From positions 2,604,001-2,668,000 of the forward strand of contig JAYWIR010000030.1 of the NCBI GenBank assembly GCA_036172245.1: 64,000 nt of DNA. The letters run 5' to 3'. Source of the stretch: Raillietiella orientalis. Taxonomy: Eukaryota. Each line of letters starts with the position of its first letter. The first letter of the stretch is position 1. This document shows positions 11,701 through 23,900 of the stretch, one piece after another. A program made the translations under genes and the position numbers. The notes beneath the pieces are model-generated. The model searched no databases. It was not told the origin of the DNA and saw only the letters and a program-made list of their open reading frames with translations.

Positions 11701-14700
11701 ACTGATCTCCGCCCCCTTCTCTACTTGCGGAGGCCGATGCCTTCTCCCTTCGCGCTAGGCTTCCCAGTATCACAGGATTCGCCGCTCCCTGTGAGAAGGG
11801 TAGGACTCGAGATACTGCTGGAACTGGGGTCCGGAACCCCAAGCGACCAGGAGTCTTCATTGAATGTAAGTCAGGTCGAAGTTGATGACGACGACCATGA
11901 TAATGAATGCCAAAGGGTTCCTCAGCACATGGGGGATCCAGCAATCACCCCGCAACTGGTGCACAAAGTGCCAGGTGATCTTCTCGAATGATGTTCTGTG
12001 GTGCTTCAAGGATGGAACCCCTTCTGCACTGCGGGAAGCAGTCGACGGAAACTGCAAGTGTGTTTCTGATCTTTCGGTTCTCTTTAGGGGCTCGGTTCAT
12101 CCTGGCTAAGCATCTCCTCCCGATTTCTGGAAGGGAAACGGAAAAGCGTTCTTTGGAGCTGTGAACATGAGCAAGGTTTCAGGAGTCGACTGCTGTACGA
12201 GAAGTGACCAAGATGCCTGCAAGGCGAGACCTTTGAAAGTCCTCTTCTGAAAAACTGCTGAGGGCCTTTTAGGGCAGTTTATTGTGGTCAATGAGCTGGA
12301 AGGACCAAAGAAGGGCCATAAGTCAGAAACCGAGCTGCAAGAATCCCGGCTTAGCTTCCTACTGATTTCCACATCCAATTCCTGGAGACAGTCGCTTCCA
12401 CCACTAGGGAGGGAACCTCCCTAGTAGCGAATTTTCTGCATCCGGGATCGGCATTCAGAACGCATACGAGCTGTGCTTTGCGACCCCACGTACCCTGCTG
12501 TGCGTCCATCGAATTCAGAGTTGGCACACGTGCTCCGCAGAATATTCCGGCTCGTGTCGTATTCTTTACTCTCCGAGGCTTGCTGCGTTCTTGTCGCGCC
12601 CATACCACGCCGAACGAACAGCAGAGCCTCAAAACTCAGATGCAAAAACTGCGAAAGAAAACAGACGGTGGGCACGAGATATCCAGTCTTGTTTATCCTT
12701 TTCCGTTTCTTTTGTTAGTTACATATGTTTTTTTGTTTTGTTTGTTCCAGTACCCCACCCTGAGTTCTCCGCTCTTCGTCTCCAAGCAATATGCTTTCAC
12801 AGCCGAGCTCAAGGTACTTCCAAGTAACGCAAAAACGCGCGAATTCTATCAAAAGTTGAAGCCGAAAAGCCCCCTGTGAGGTGTATCCTTCGCCCTGGTC
12901 TGCATGGTGTCATCTCGACAAGCCTCTCTTCACACGCCGGATCGGTTCGTCGACGCATATTGGCTGCTCCCGATGTGCGTAGGAAAGATCTCTTATATGA
13001 TCTGAATCTCGAGAGCGGCCACCACGAACAGACAGTAATGAAGACAAGAGCTGCTTTCTGCGGAACCTTCAACGCGATACGAACGGGCAGCTGAGGTCTG
13101 GGAGCAAGGCTGTCGGCTGATGACACGGAAAGCTGCAGGAATCTTCGCAAAGCCGATTTCTCAACTCACATCGGTCCTTACCGTCGACAAACAGCAAGTG
13201 GCATCTTGTTCGCCATTTTCCTAGGTTCTCAGCATATTTCCGGTCTTCTGTGTGATAGGGCGACGGATTTCATTCTGACGTTTCATTCCGCATCACCGAT
13301 CGTCCCCGTCAGCGCGCTTCTGCGTGCTTCAAGGAACAACGATTGCGCAGCAGATGAAAAGATCGGCTTAGGAAGATCTCAGTCTTCGCTCTGCTAGAAG
13401 AATAAACAGGGATCGGACAACACGGGTTGCTTGGCAAACTGCGGGCAATACTCCCCACTTGCAGTCTTTGCACTGAGACAGCGTCGGTACGCTGCGCTGA
13501 GCAGCAAACACTTCAATATTGCATGGCAGCTGAAACGGCGCAGCAGTTAGAATTTGAGGACTCTCAGTGCGGAAATCAGAAGAGCGAAACCACACCATGA
13601 CAATTTTTGAACTCGCCTACAAGGAGTAAAAAATGGGATTCTCTCCTCCTGACCGCAGCTTTGAAGGAGCTAACGGCAACTATGGAAATAGAAAAAGCAA
13701 TGTGAAGGAGCTCTTGTGTTTGGTTACGTCGAAGCCACATTTGCTACATGCGTGTTGGTTATTATTTTTGAGTAGAAGAAAGAGGAAAGAGAAAGTGATT
13801 TTCTTCAGAGTATCTCACAGATTTAAGGATGTATGCGAAATCCCCACAACTGGATAAATCGTTATGCCCTCTATATCAGGATGTTTCATGAGCCTTGGTG
13901 ATGAATAAATATAGAGGTAAGAAGGATAGAAGGATAGATTACAACAGCAGATCTTGAGCAACCGGTATGCTAATGCTCTCTGGAAGATCAAACAGCGTCG
14001 AGGAAAAGCTCCATGCATTGCAACACACAGAAATCAAATCTATGAACCGTTGATGTCGGTCTCCAAATCGCCCAATGCCCTAGTCCATGTTATTTTCTGC
14101 TGGATTTGAAAGACCGACCTAGGTGCAAGAAGACTTTTGCTAATGATCGCGGCTATCATGTTCGTTTAATGCAGCGGGGTTAAACTTCACGAATTCCCAC
14201 GAAGAATTGAATTCTCTGTCAGCAAGAGCATCCAGACACTGTGAGAAATTCTCGTGAGTACGGCACGCGAGTCCTGTTTTTTCCTGTTTCGTCTACTGTT
14301 CTATGAACTCGCGAATCTTCCTTGGATAAGAAACACCACTGGCCACGTGCAATTTCACAGGGCAGAAGAATATTCAGCATTCAGTTGAGCATGTGAGAGC
14401 TTGGTTCTTGGATGCCGACTATATATATTTTCCATCAAGGCATGCAAAGAATCGCTCACACGGAAGTTATTTTCCTTGTTCTTTTGCAGAAATCCCACTT
14501 CTTGAAATGGCTGAATCAACATAATTAATTGATTGCCATTCAATATGCATTGCTATCTTGCACCTTTAGTATTTTTTTTTGGCAATAATTATTGCTTGTT
14601 TAGTTTTTCCGTATTGGGAGGAATTATTTCTGAAGAAATCTGAACTTCTAGGTCCAGAAAGATTAGGACATACTCCTCTTCGAGCCACTGATTGGGTACT

Positions 14701-14945
14701 TCGTGATGGAACCGTGCGTCATTTCCTCTCTCCATTTTCAACTATTCACGTTTCACTTCTTTCCTGTACCTACTTCTATTGAAGTTATGGTCTCTACCTT
14801 CTGACTCGGAATTATTGTGCTAATTATTTTTCAGTACAGTTCTAAGACGAATTACAAAAAAGGATCGCCATGTCCTTGCCTATTCGAACATCCCATGCGA
14901 CGAGACAAATCAGCAGTAAAGGAACAGACTTCTAGTCTGTTCTAG

Positions 14946-15385
14946 AACGAACACAAAGAAACTCAATGTCCGCATTCGCTCTTACTCTGGAGAGATGCAA
15001 CGAAACAGGCAGCATTCAGGATTTGGAGGACGAGAAGCTGGATGCTGCTAAACTTCGAGTTTTATTTTGACCTGAAGCGCAACATAGGATTATTAAAAAA
15101 GAAAAAAAAGTTCCTTTGACTGCTTTATTTGATGATTTGCTGTACTTTCTTACTAAGGATGATCTGGAAAAGCAACAGTTGGTAGAAATGGAACAGCAGC
15201 GCCTACATCACGAATTTCAAGTAGGAAGAATTGTTCCCTGTATCCATGTCCCCAATGCATAAATAGCTGAAATAAACTCCAGAACGATTTTGCATAGATA
15301 GAACAGAACTGAACAAATTCATGGGAAAGATGAAGCTCCACAAGTTTCCAATGAGAACTTTAGCAACAAAGAGGAGGATTTGTAG
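14946..15385 (+). CDS. Candidate 3' end of a multi-exon gene (exons 14946-15058, 15158-15220, 15302-15385); charged, coiled-coil-like product
   Basis: Phase-consistent GT-AG joins give ...LERCNETGSIQDLEDEKLDAAKLR|DDLEKQQLVEMEQQRLHHEFQ|NRTEQIHGKDEAPQVSNENFSNKEEDL*. The introns are AT-rich, 99 and 81 nt. Confidence 0.35.
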
Positions 15386-17473
15386 AAAATCTTGCAGATG
15401 CTGCAGATAAGATTCAGCATCACTAAAAACATTTAGTTTCCGAAGAAACAGTAACAGAAGCAGAAGAAACATTTCGACATGAGATTTCTTTTTTCTTGTG
15501 TAAAACCTGATTGCTGTTAGCTGAAAATTCGGGAAGAATTAGAAAGGTCGCACTGAAAGAACAGGAGGGAAGTGGATTCAACTTTTTCCCATTTGCAGAA
15601 ATTGAAGATGAACCGAAAAGATGATGGAACCGAAATTATTTTCGTATTAGAACTGGATTAGACCGTCATTGGACCGGAATGTTTCAAAACTTTTATGAAA
15701 TTTGCTTCGGTTAGCATCATGTCTCTGTTCATGTTTTGGACATCTTCTAGCAGTCTCCAGTTTACGTGCTGCTCTTTTACGCAATCACTGAATCGCCTGA
15801 CAGCTACAGAAACCAAGAATTTTGGCTGTAATCGTGAAGATTTGGGCAAGTAGGTTTTGGTGCTCGTATCAAGCTCGCAGAGTCGTGATTAGAGAGAGTG
15901 CCAACGTAAAAGACGGGCACACAATACAACAGCTATAATTGACACGAAGATCTCAATCAAATGGCTTGATCCATGTTAACGTTGTTTCGAAAGGGTTTCC
16001 ACCTCTTGCTATTGCCAATCACCAAGTCGGCAGTCTCGGGTATTTGAAGATTTCCTTACGTAATTGGCTTGCGACTCGAATGAGAATGCAGATGCCTTTT
16101 AGATAGTTTCGATAGCTGATACATAGACGAGTTCGGAATTTCAGCAAAGACTGTGTGTGAAGTCATCCTTGCTCGAAAGAGGGAGAACTGAAAGGAAACT
16201 CTCCTTTTACGACGGAGGGTTTTCTAAAACACCCTGTTTGCAGAGGTAACCAAATAGCATGGTCTTTCTGCACCATCATTGTGTGCACAACCACAAGCAT
16301 GATCTGAAGCTGATTTGCGAATCCATGTTGCTGCGACCTAATTAGAGCAGGATCGCCATTTGGATTTGAGTTCAGTTTTGTTCTGACATCTGCAGCGGAG
16401 AAAAATTCACGATTGATATCGGTACTTGCCCATCCGTGCTGGGGAACCGTCTTTTCAATTCAAAGCATCCTGACTTCTCTCGCACGTTTTCCGGAATGGC
16501 TGCATCTATGATGATTATGCCTGGCATCATCATCACAAGCACTATGAAGGGAACGTAAAAGCATCATTCCCTGCCACAACGAGGTCTTCTTCCATTTAAG
16601 CTGGATTCCTAAGATAGCATCTCCTCAGTGCTCCAAGAGGGCCGCTTACTCTTACAAAATATGCTCTAGCAGCAGCACATTGCAAGAACTCGCGTATGAC
16701 GTTCGCGTCCGTTTTTTTGCTTCGATTGTGATGACGTTTCACTAACGCTTTTGAGAACGATGACGTCCTTTCAGCAAACTTTCGAATCCCGTTTGCGGTA
16801 AACTCGGCTTGAACTTTCAAAAAAATTAGTAAAAAAATTCTTCCCTTTTTTAGCTGCGGTATGTTTGGAACGTGAGGTGATGCCTTTTCGTTTTTTGTTC
16901 CACCCTATTTCGATCTCAGAATGCGGTTCGGTACAGTTCTTAGCAGCCTCTTTTCATGCGGACAGCTCATTGTTCCTTAGTCCCTTCGCAGCATCCCACA
17001 GATCTTTTCAACAACTTTTTCGATGAAACAGATACGCACTATCGGAAGCAAAATATATACTACACATTTACGTACCGTTCCATATACGAATAAAGGATGT
17101 GTTTTTTTTGAGTGATACTTCCAAACCAAAGGTGATACCTGATCGTCTGGAAGATTTAAACATGTCCACCCCACCACCTTTATTTGCGATTCGTCACGTG
17201 AACCTCGCACGGTCATGTCCAGTGAACCTGGATGTTTCCATTGAACCGAGAGCTCGATTAAACGACTGTGCGAACTTGGCATTTTCCATAGGAATCTTTC
17301 GTTTCATGATGATAGGTGTGTGCATTCGAATTTTTTCTCCTTTCTTTCATGAGTGCCTCGAAATCGTCAGAATACGCAGTATCAGAACTGAGCCAATTTC
17401 GTTCTGAAAAAAACTTTTCATCCGGTTTTTCATCTCGAAGAACTCTGGGACTCTGACTTTTCCTGTTTGTCTT

Positions 17474-18600
17474 TCAGCTTCTCACTGCACCGTGCAAATC
17501 ACTATCGTTTGATGGACACTTCGATTTGTTTGGAAGCTTCCCGTTCGCTTCCATCGCATTTCTTACTTGTTCTTTCCGCCATTCGAAATTTGGCATTTGC
17601 CGAACAATTTCAGATTCGGAATGAGTGATATTTACTTTTCTTGTTTTCATGTCTCCTATCATGAGTGATCGCTTCCATGAGCTGATTCTCTGGAATTCAA
17701 AGGAACTACTGTTTTCTTCAACTTGTTCTACCTAAACGAAGTTTAACCCTAGGCAATGTGTGCTTCGCTGCAACTTTTCGCCTAGCCTTTCTCCAGGTAC
17801 CTCGTCCCATAAATGCTTTTCTTGTTCGCCCAAGACCTCAACTAAGACTTCACGTAGCACTGCAAAGTTCACGCCTTCGTCAGAGATCGGAGAGTCTCGG
17901 TCACCTGAATTATGCCGTGGAAACCAGAAACTCATGATATCGAGTTTACCTTCGTCTCATGACAGCTCTGCATCTTTTGAAATGCCGATTCCTGACACTG
18001 AAGAAGGGCGCGCGGTATCTCTTCCATATCCGTGCAAATGATGCTTTGCGTCCTCTATCCAACTGCTATTTTTTCCACTTACTTTTAACTGCATTAATCT
18101 TCCTAATTCTTGTAATGGATTAGCAGCAATCGCGCAGGTTGCTTAGATATCTGTGCCGAGACCTGCCTTTGGGAATCTACTCGCAGCTGCAAATGGATGA
18201 GCGATCCATTCACATGCACCACGCATAAAGTACAGTGAGGTGCACAGCATGCAGAGAAACTGGTAGGCAATACGTCTTTGAGGAACAGAACACCCTCTGG
18301 GCCTCATTTTCGATTACATATGCCATACAGAACTTTCGTTTCGCTTTCTAATTGAGTGGAAACTCAAATAAAAATCCCGTGGAACTTCGGGAAAAGAGCG
18401 ATCTGCTCGCTCCAAAAAAATCGAAACCGGAAAGTCAGCTCGCTACCGCATTTAAAATGCTCTTTTGCTTTATGAGAAACAACGGTTTGGAGCTGCTGCA
18501 TCTCTGTGAGATCTGACGTTTGCTCAGCTCTGAGGAAAGCGGAAGCCAGAGTATCAATAAGGTGCAGCACTCTCTGCCGCGACAACTTTGCAGTTTTCAT
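17474..18600 (-). CDS. Candidate multi-exon gene (exons about 18600-18447, 17904-17801, 17689-about 17490/17474), unknown product
   Basis: Three separate ORF-track frames join in phase through GT-AG sites: ...HKAKEHFKC(G)|DRDSPISDEGVNFAVLREVLVEVLGEQEKHLWDE|RISSWKRSLMIGDMKTRK.... No recognisable domain. Confidence 0.3.
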
Positions 18601-20157
18601 AAGCTTCAGTCACCCTGAGGCGACGACGGTCTTCAACAGACCGTCTGATTTTATTTCACACAAAAGAAGCCTGAAAACGACGTCCTTTGTCTGATATTGG
18701 ATGCTTTTAACGCGCCATAAGTAAAAGCTGTAGTTGCGTGTTGTTCCTGAAAGATCGTGGATGGTGTTGGATGGGGAGAAATGCGTTCTTAAAAATAAAC
18801 GGGAAGCATTTCAGGCTTGAAGCCTTAACGCGCCCGTGGCACTGCAAGGGATGACAGAATTGCCTGGATTACTGGATCTCTGAATTCCTTTCTTTCTTAC
18901 AACGTTTACGAGCGAACAGTTTGGTTTGGGTGTTTAGCCACTTTTGTCGTGGTTCAGCTTGACACTCTCTAAATTGCAGTTCAAACTCATGTTGATGCGC
19001 TCCACCCATAATAACCCTTTCAGTTTTGATAAGACTTGATGTCAGAGACGTGTGGCAGATATTGGAAACGACTACGGAATCAAAGGTTTTCCATACGGAA
19101 GCGGTTTGCGTCTCTGTGTTCTCGATGCACAGTCCCTGAGTTCTCTTCGAATCATTAGTTTCATCTTTGTCTCAGTTCCACTTATTCAAGGAGTATCAGC
19201 TAACGGACCGGTTCCATCTGTTTCCTTCCTTATTTCTATTAGAGCATGATTTGATTGTTTACTGATGGATAATTAGAGGATGATTGCTTATGGGCGGAGA
19301 GGAGAGGGTTGAAGAGCTTTCTTGTGGGATGAGCAACTACATGATAATAGAGAGAACTTCATTCTACTATGATAAGTCGATGTTCGTGTGTTGCAGGGTC
19401 AGGCCATTTATCAGTTTTGATTTTGGTAATGCGGTACAAGGAAGATTGAGGCTGAGAAAGAAATTAATCAGGAATTGTTTATGAAGGTACATCACTGGTG
19501 GGTGCTGAACGAACTCTCCTTCATGATGTGAGAGCACAGGAAGAAGCGAATATCTTTGCTGATTGCAGCTTAGAGAACCGATGTTCTGTTCAAACCATAA
19601 ACTCCACTATGTAAAGTAGGGCAATAGGAGGAATGCTGAGAGCTAAAGCAGTGAAATGATATGTCTGAAAAAAAAAAAAAAAAAGTCTCCATCAATTGAC
19701 ACGTTCTATTCTTCACGATGTATCTCGTGGCGAAAACCATATATTGAAGGAATTTTAATTCATTGAATATTCGAAGATGGGTGTTTGCGGTCCTTAACGT
19801 GTCCGTCACTGTCGATACCCAACGAAATACAAGCACTAAGATCATCTCTGTGCCATGAAACCTTGTACTGCTTTATTTTGTATTCTTTTGATGTGATTTT
19901 TGGAAGGACTCGTGGCTTGTTTCAGTTTGCAGAATGTACATGACTGTATGCATTACAAATGTGTTTCAGGCGTTCCTAATGCGCTTTCACATCTTTCTCA
20001 ATTTTGCAATGCAGTTCCTTTCTTAGTTCACAAAACAACGTGGATGATTAACTCGCATCCATAGATGAATTCCAACAAATCAACTCTTGAGTGCATATAC
20101 GTATATGTGGGAGTTGATTGATGGGAAAGTTGGGAAGTTTTTCCGACACACACATAC

Positions 20158-20228
20158 CATTGTGTATATCTCGTAGTGTAGTTCAATGCTATCACCGATC
20201 CTGAAGCCATCAGTATCCATCGAGACCA
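20158..20228 (-). CDS. Candidate internal exon (71 nt), probably VSMDTDGFRIGDSIELHYEIYTM
   Basis: Strong acceptor cattccattttcag| and donor ATG|gtatgt. It is phase-compatible with a consensus donor G|gtgagt at 20921/20920. A second frame (WSRWILMASG...) is also open. Confidence 0.35.
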
Positions 20229-20524
20229 CTGAAAATGGAATGCGAACTAATGAAATGGAATGAGTTGTTCAACAGATTATTCTCACAAGCCATCGGCATG
20301 AGCCTGACGCGTGTTCGTTCAACCTTTGTAAATGTTTCTCCGTTATCTCGGGTTCTGATACCATGGACTTGGAAATCTTATCACAGGAGTATCCAGCATG
20401 CAGTTGCTCTTCTGGTGCTGTTTCATCTCGTTGTTTCACCCTGCAGCAGTCATGGTGTTTGTCAAGTTTTGCTTCATATACTTAAGGGACATTGTATTCT
20501 TTGCTTTTATCGATTCCCATCCAG

Positions 20525-20980
20525 TCCTTGTGAAGAAGACCTCGATGTCTTGCAACCTGCCTTATTCCTGCCTATAAACTTGTTTCCGTTAGTGAAGTTA
20601 GCGTACGTTCCGACCTTAGAGGAAATCATGGAAATCTCATATGTGTTGCAGAGATACACAACAATTGTCTCTGAGCATTGGATGCAAATGCTACAGAGCA
20701 GCAGCATTTTTCCAGAAAACAGAGTACTATTGTAAGCATCCTCACCCGACGCCGCAAGCATATTTTGGATTTTACCATAACGAGACTTTCTTGAAGCTTT
20801 TCACATTTCTTTGAGATCTCCTTCCATCTTGTCTCAATGACTGCTCATCACTTCCTATATCCTCTTTTCAGAACTTCCATCAAAATAGTAGAAGTGCACT
20901 GTAAAAGATGCATAACTCACCATCACTTGTATTGCTATAAGTGTGCATACGACCACTTTTCCCAAGATCTTCCACTTTAG
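20525..20980 (+). CDS. Alternative candidate exon pair (20525-20731, 20872-20980) ending in a CxxC-x7-CxxC-x3-H motif
   Basis: Donor TT|gtaagc and acceptor cttcctatatcctcttttcag| join in phase 2. The model overlaps the minus-strand candidate exon ending at 20921, so the two may be mutually exclusive. Confidence 0.25.
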
Positions 20981-23900
20981 TAGAATGGCTTAAACCAGAC
21001 ATCCAAGCAAGGTCTCTTTCAAAATGAGGATGTTTCGAATGTCGAAGCATCAGATCTATCCGGACCCCCCAAACTTCCAAAGAAGATGTCAACGGATGCA
21101 TTGTACGTGCGCATGTGTATATGGAAAATAGGAAGCATCGATGAGATTGCATTTTCACTTGAAGCCACGAATTTTTCACATTTTCAACCAATAAATTCTT
21201 CCGCCATTCCATCATAGATCCAGAAGACTTGACATTTTCCCTCATTTTTCGAGTTTTCTGTGCTAGATCCTTGATTAACAGAGCAAGAAACTCCCCCTTT
21301 AGTTTATTAAAACGCTTACAGTGCATTTTTATAGGCAACTTCGGAACAGTTTCCGCATGTCATGACTCCTACCTGTCATAAGCCTTTGTTTTGTTCACAG
21401 TGTTCGTTTACATAGACTTTGATTACATTTGAGATGCTTTCACGAGCTGCTGTCTATGGCAACAGAAATGTCGTGACCATTTGAGGATTCAATCTTTGCT
21501 CCAAATCATCTTTAGCGATTCTACTACGTCACTCTATAGAATACCATACTGATTCTGAAATCAGCATTCTCCCTTATTAAACCCTTTTTAATTCTTTCTT
21601 GCCTATCCTTCAGCTAGGTTCTAATTCTCCTTCTGATCTGAACAATTATCTATCATTTTGAAAGACACATCAACTAGAATGTACTTTTTTTTTTTTTCTC
21701 TACTAGAATTTATAGGACCTATAAAGACCTCTTTAAAGAGAAAGGGTGCCTTTGACTGAAGAAATACATTCCAAAAGGCTGTAAACCATTCTGCAGCATA
21801 TGGAGTCTCTAGGCAAAAGCTATAGGTGGGAATGAATGCATTTTCTCAATAAGCCACGAAAGAGGAACACAGCGGTTCAGACCTCCTCTCTGGGAGTCAG
21901 CAGCCATTTGTATCACGTAATTTTAAAAGACGAGAACCAGGTGCACGATTACAACTCGTTTGGAGGAGCAGAAATGGACTTGGCATATATTCACACCAAA
22001 ATAGAAATGCACTAAGAAATCTCCAGAGGCCAGGGTAAACTTCTCAAGAAGATTCTTTAGAGATATAAAGAAACTGACGATGAGAAAAACCCTCGCCATT
22101 GTCGAGGCCATAATGAACTCTTTCGAAGAAAGGATTGCTTCCGGGTAAGTGTTTGGTGAACCGATAGCCTTTCAAAGCTTCCGAGAACTCCCCACTTGCG
22201 TTCTTCAAAATTAAAGTCAGCAGAATGCCTAATGCAAGCGAAATGGCTCCATTGGTTTACAAAGGGTGGAAGAGCATAACGTCGGGGAAGCAAACTTCCC
22301 GGGTAAATGGCAAGCACTTTCCGCCATCTGTTCTTGAATGCATGTTGAACCAGCTACATGCAGCCGACAACTCTCCAAGACTGCCAGTGAACATGTTGTG
22401 GAATCCTTTTGGGGAGACGAAAAGACTAGGACGACGGAGGAAAGAATTCTCACTTTACTCATCATTCTTGGCAACAGTCGTAAAGAGGATGACAGACATG
22501 CATCTTCATTCCCTGTATCGATTTCTCAAAGCAGGTTGAAAGTACAAATCTTCCCGAAAGAAACTTCAAATGGTGGCAAACTCAGCAGCCGCTTCTTCTT
22601 TCGACAGTCATTCTGTAATTCTGAAGCGTGGGTCATCTCATGGAAAATCACGAGGTGCATAAGATCCCAAATCACAGATTTCCCGTATTTTGCCTCATTT
22701 GTTTCCACTTCTTGTCCCTTACATCCTCCCAGATAAAACTTTGAACTCCCTCCAACTGAGAAGCACTGCCTTTTCTCTTGACCGCCAAGAACTCGTTGCA
22801 ACCGTCCCGACTTTCAAATGTAGTAGAAGTGCGCCTCTCCTGAAACATTTGTTTTCCGTGCAATCAACTTTGAATTCGAAGCCATGCGTGGAAGACCACT
22901 TCTGGATGAGTTTCCGACTGCATGGAGCCGTTGGCTTCTGAAGATCGCCTCCGAGTACACATTTAGAAGAAAGCAGTCCTCTAGGATTCATCCACTTTCT
23001 CAATTTTAGGTGCAAACATATGAATAGATAACAGTGAATGCACTCCTTATAAGCCATCCCTCTACACGCCACGTTGGACGAAAGGCGCATTTGGGGATAT
23101 TTGGATGGGCAGTTTGGAGAATTTAGTGGAGGCACGCCATGAGAACCCCCTTCTTCGTCGGCCCTGTGTACTGACAGCATCGATGGATTGTGATAGAATA
23201 GGATGAGAGTTTCCGAAAGGTAAGCAGCTCTGCAAAAAATGTACCAACTTACCAAACAGGCAAATTAGTGCGTCGATACCAGCAGGTCAGCGGGACGTCT
23301 CGCCTGCTTAAATTACGTAGCGGGACCAGCCACGTTGTGGAAGACAGGTACTGGTAACTCCCTTATGGGGAAACATCCAGACAGGAGAAGGGCGTGGGAC
23401 AGCATCCTGTCTCAAAAACTCCTTCGTTCGATCGGAAAACGCTCCATATTTATGGGCTGCAGATTTAATCACTCAGCACGATCCCATATGCTACCTATAC
23501 GCGCATCGCCCACCAGTATTGGAGTGGACCGGACGAGCGGGCAGCAGGTGTGTGGTCCGGAAACGGACTCTCGGGTACATCTGCCAACACCCACCGGCAA
23601 CTCGTTTCTCATCACAAGAGGGCGCTGCAAAATGGTCTCTTCACCATGGGGGATACCTGGGAAACATCGGAATCTGGTGGTCTGTAGCCAGTCTATCCCC
23701 AGGATGAAACCCAAGCTTCACCAGATCTGGTGTTCCAAGGAGGCGGAATAATGGTCGCGCTGGATGTTGCCTATCATTTTGAGAACTCAAAAAACTCTCT
23801 AGAGAGGGAAGCGAAAGGAGAGCAAACATGTCAAGGTTTGACTCTTCGCCTCCGAAGGAGTGCCCTCATCAGAAAAAGCTCTTGATGTCGGGTACTTGGG

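Noticed and set aside
11768..11865. Frame ITGFAAPC...PKRPGVF resembling a trypsin C-terminus
   Set aside because: The spacing is wrong and no GDSGGP or TAAHC exon was found nearby.
11579..12057. Minus-strand frame that reads protein-like through TGA/TGA/TAG, suggesting stop-codon reassignment (a similar case lies near 23840 on +)
   Set aside because: The one solid 484-codon exon has no in-frame stops and uses TGG for Trp. The segment is explained as well by a plus-strand exon or by chance.
12168..12187. tgagcaaggtttcaggagt resembles mature miR-87 as I recall it
   Set aside because: It has mismatches, and the upstream sequence cannot pair with the seed-side half, so there is no precursor hairpin.
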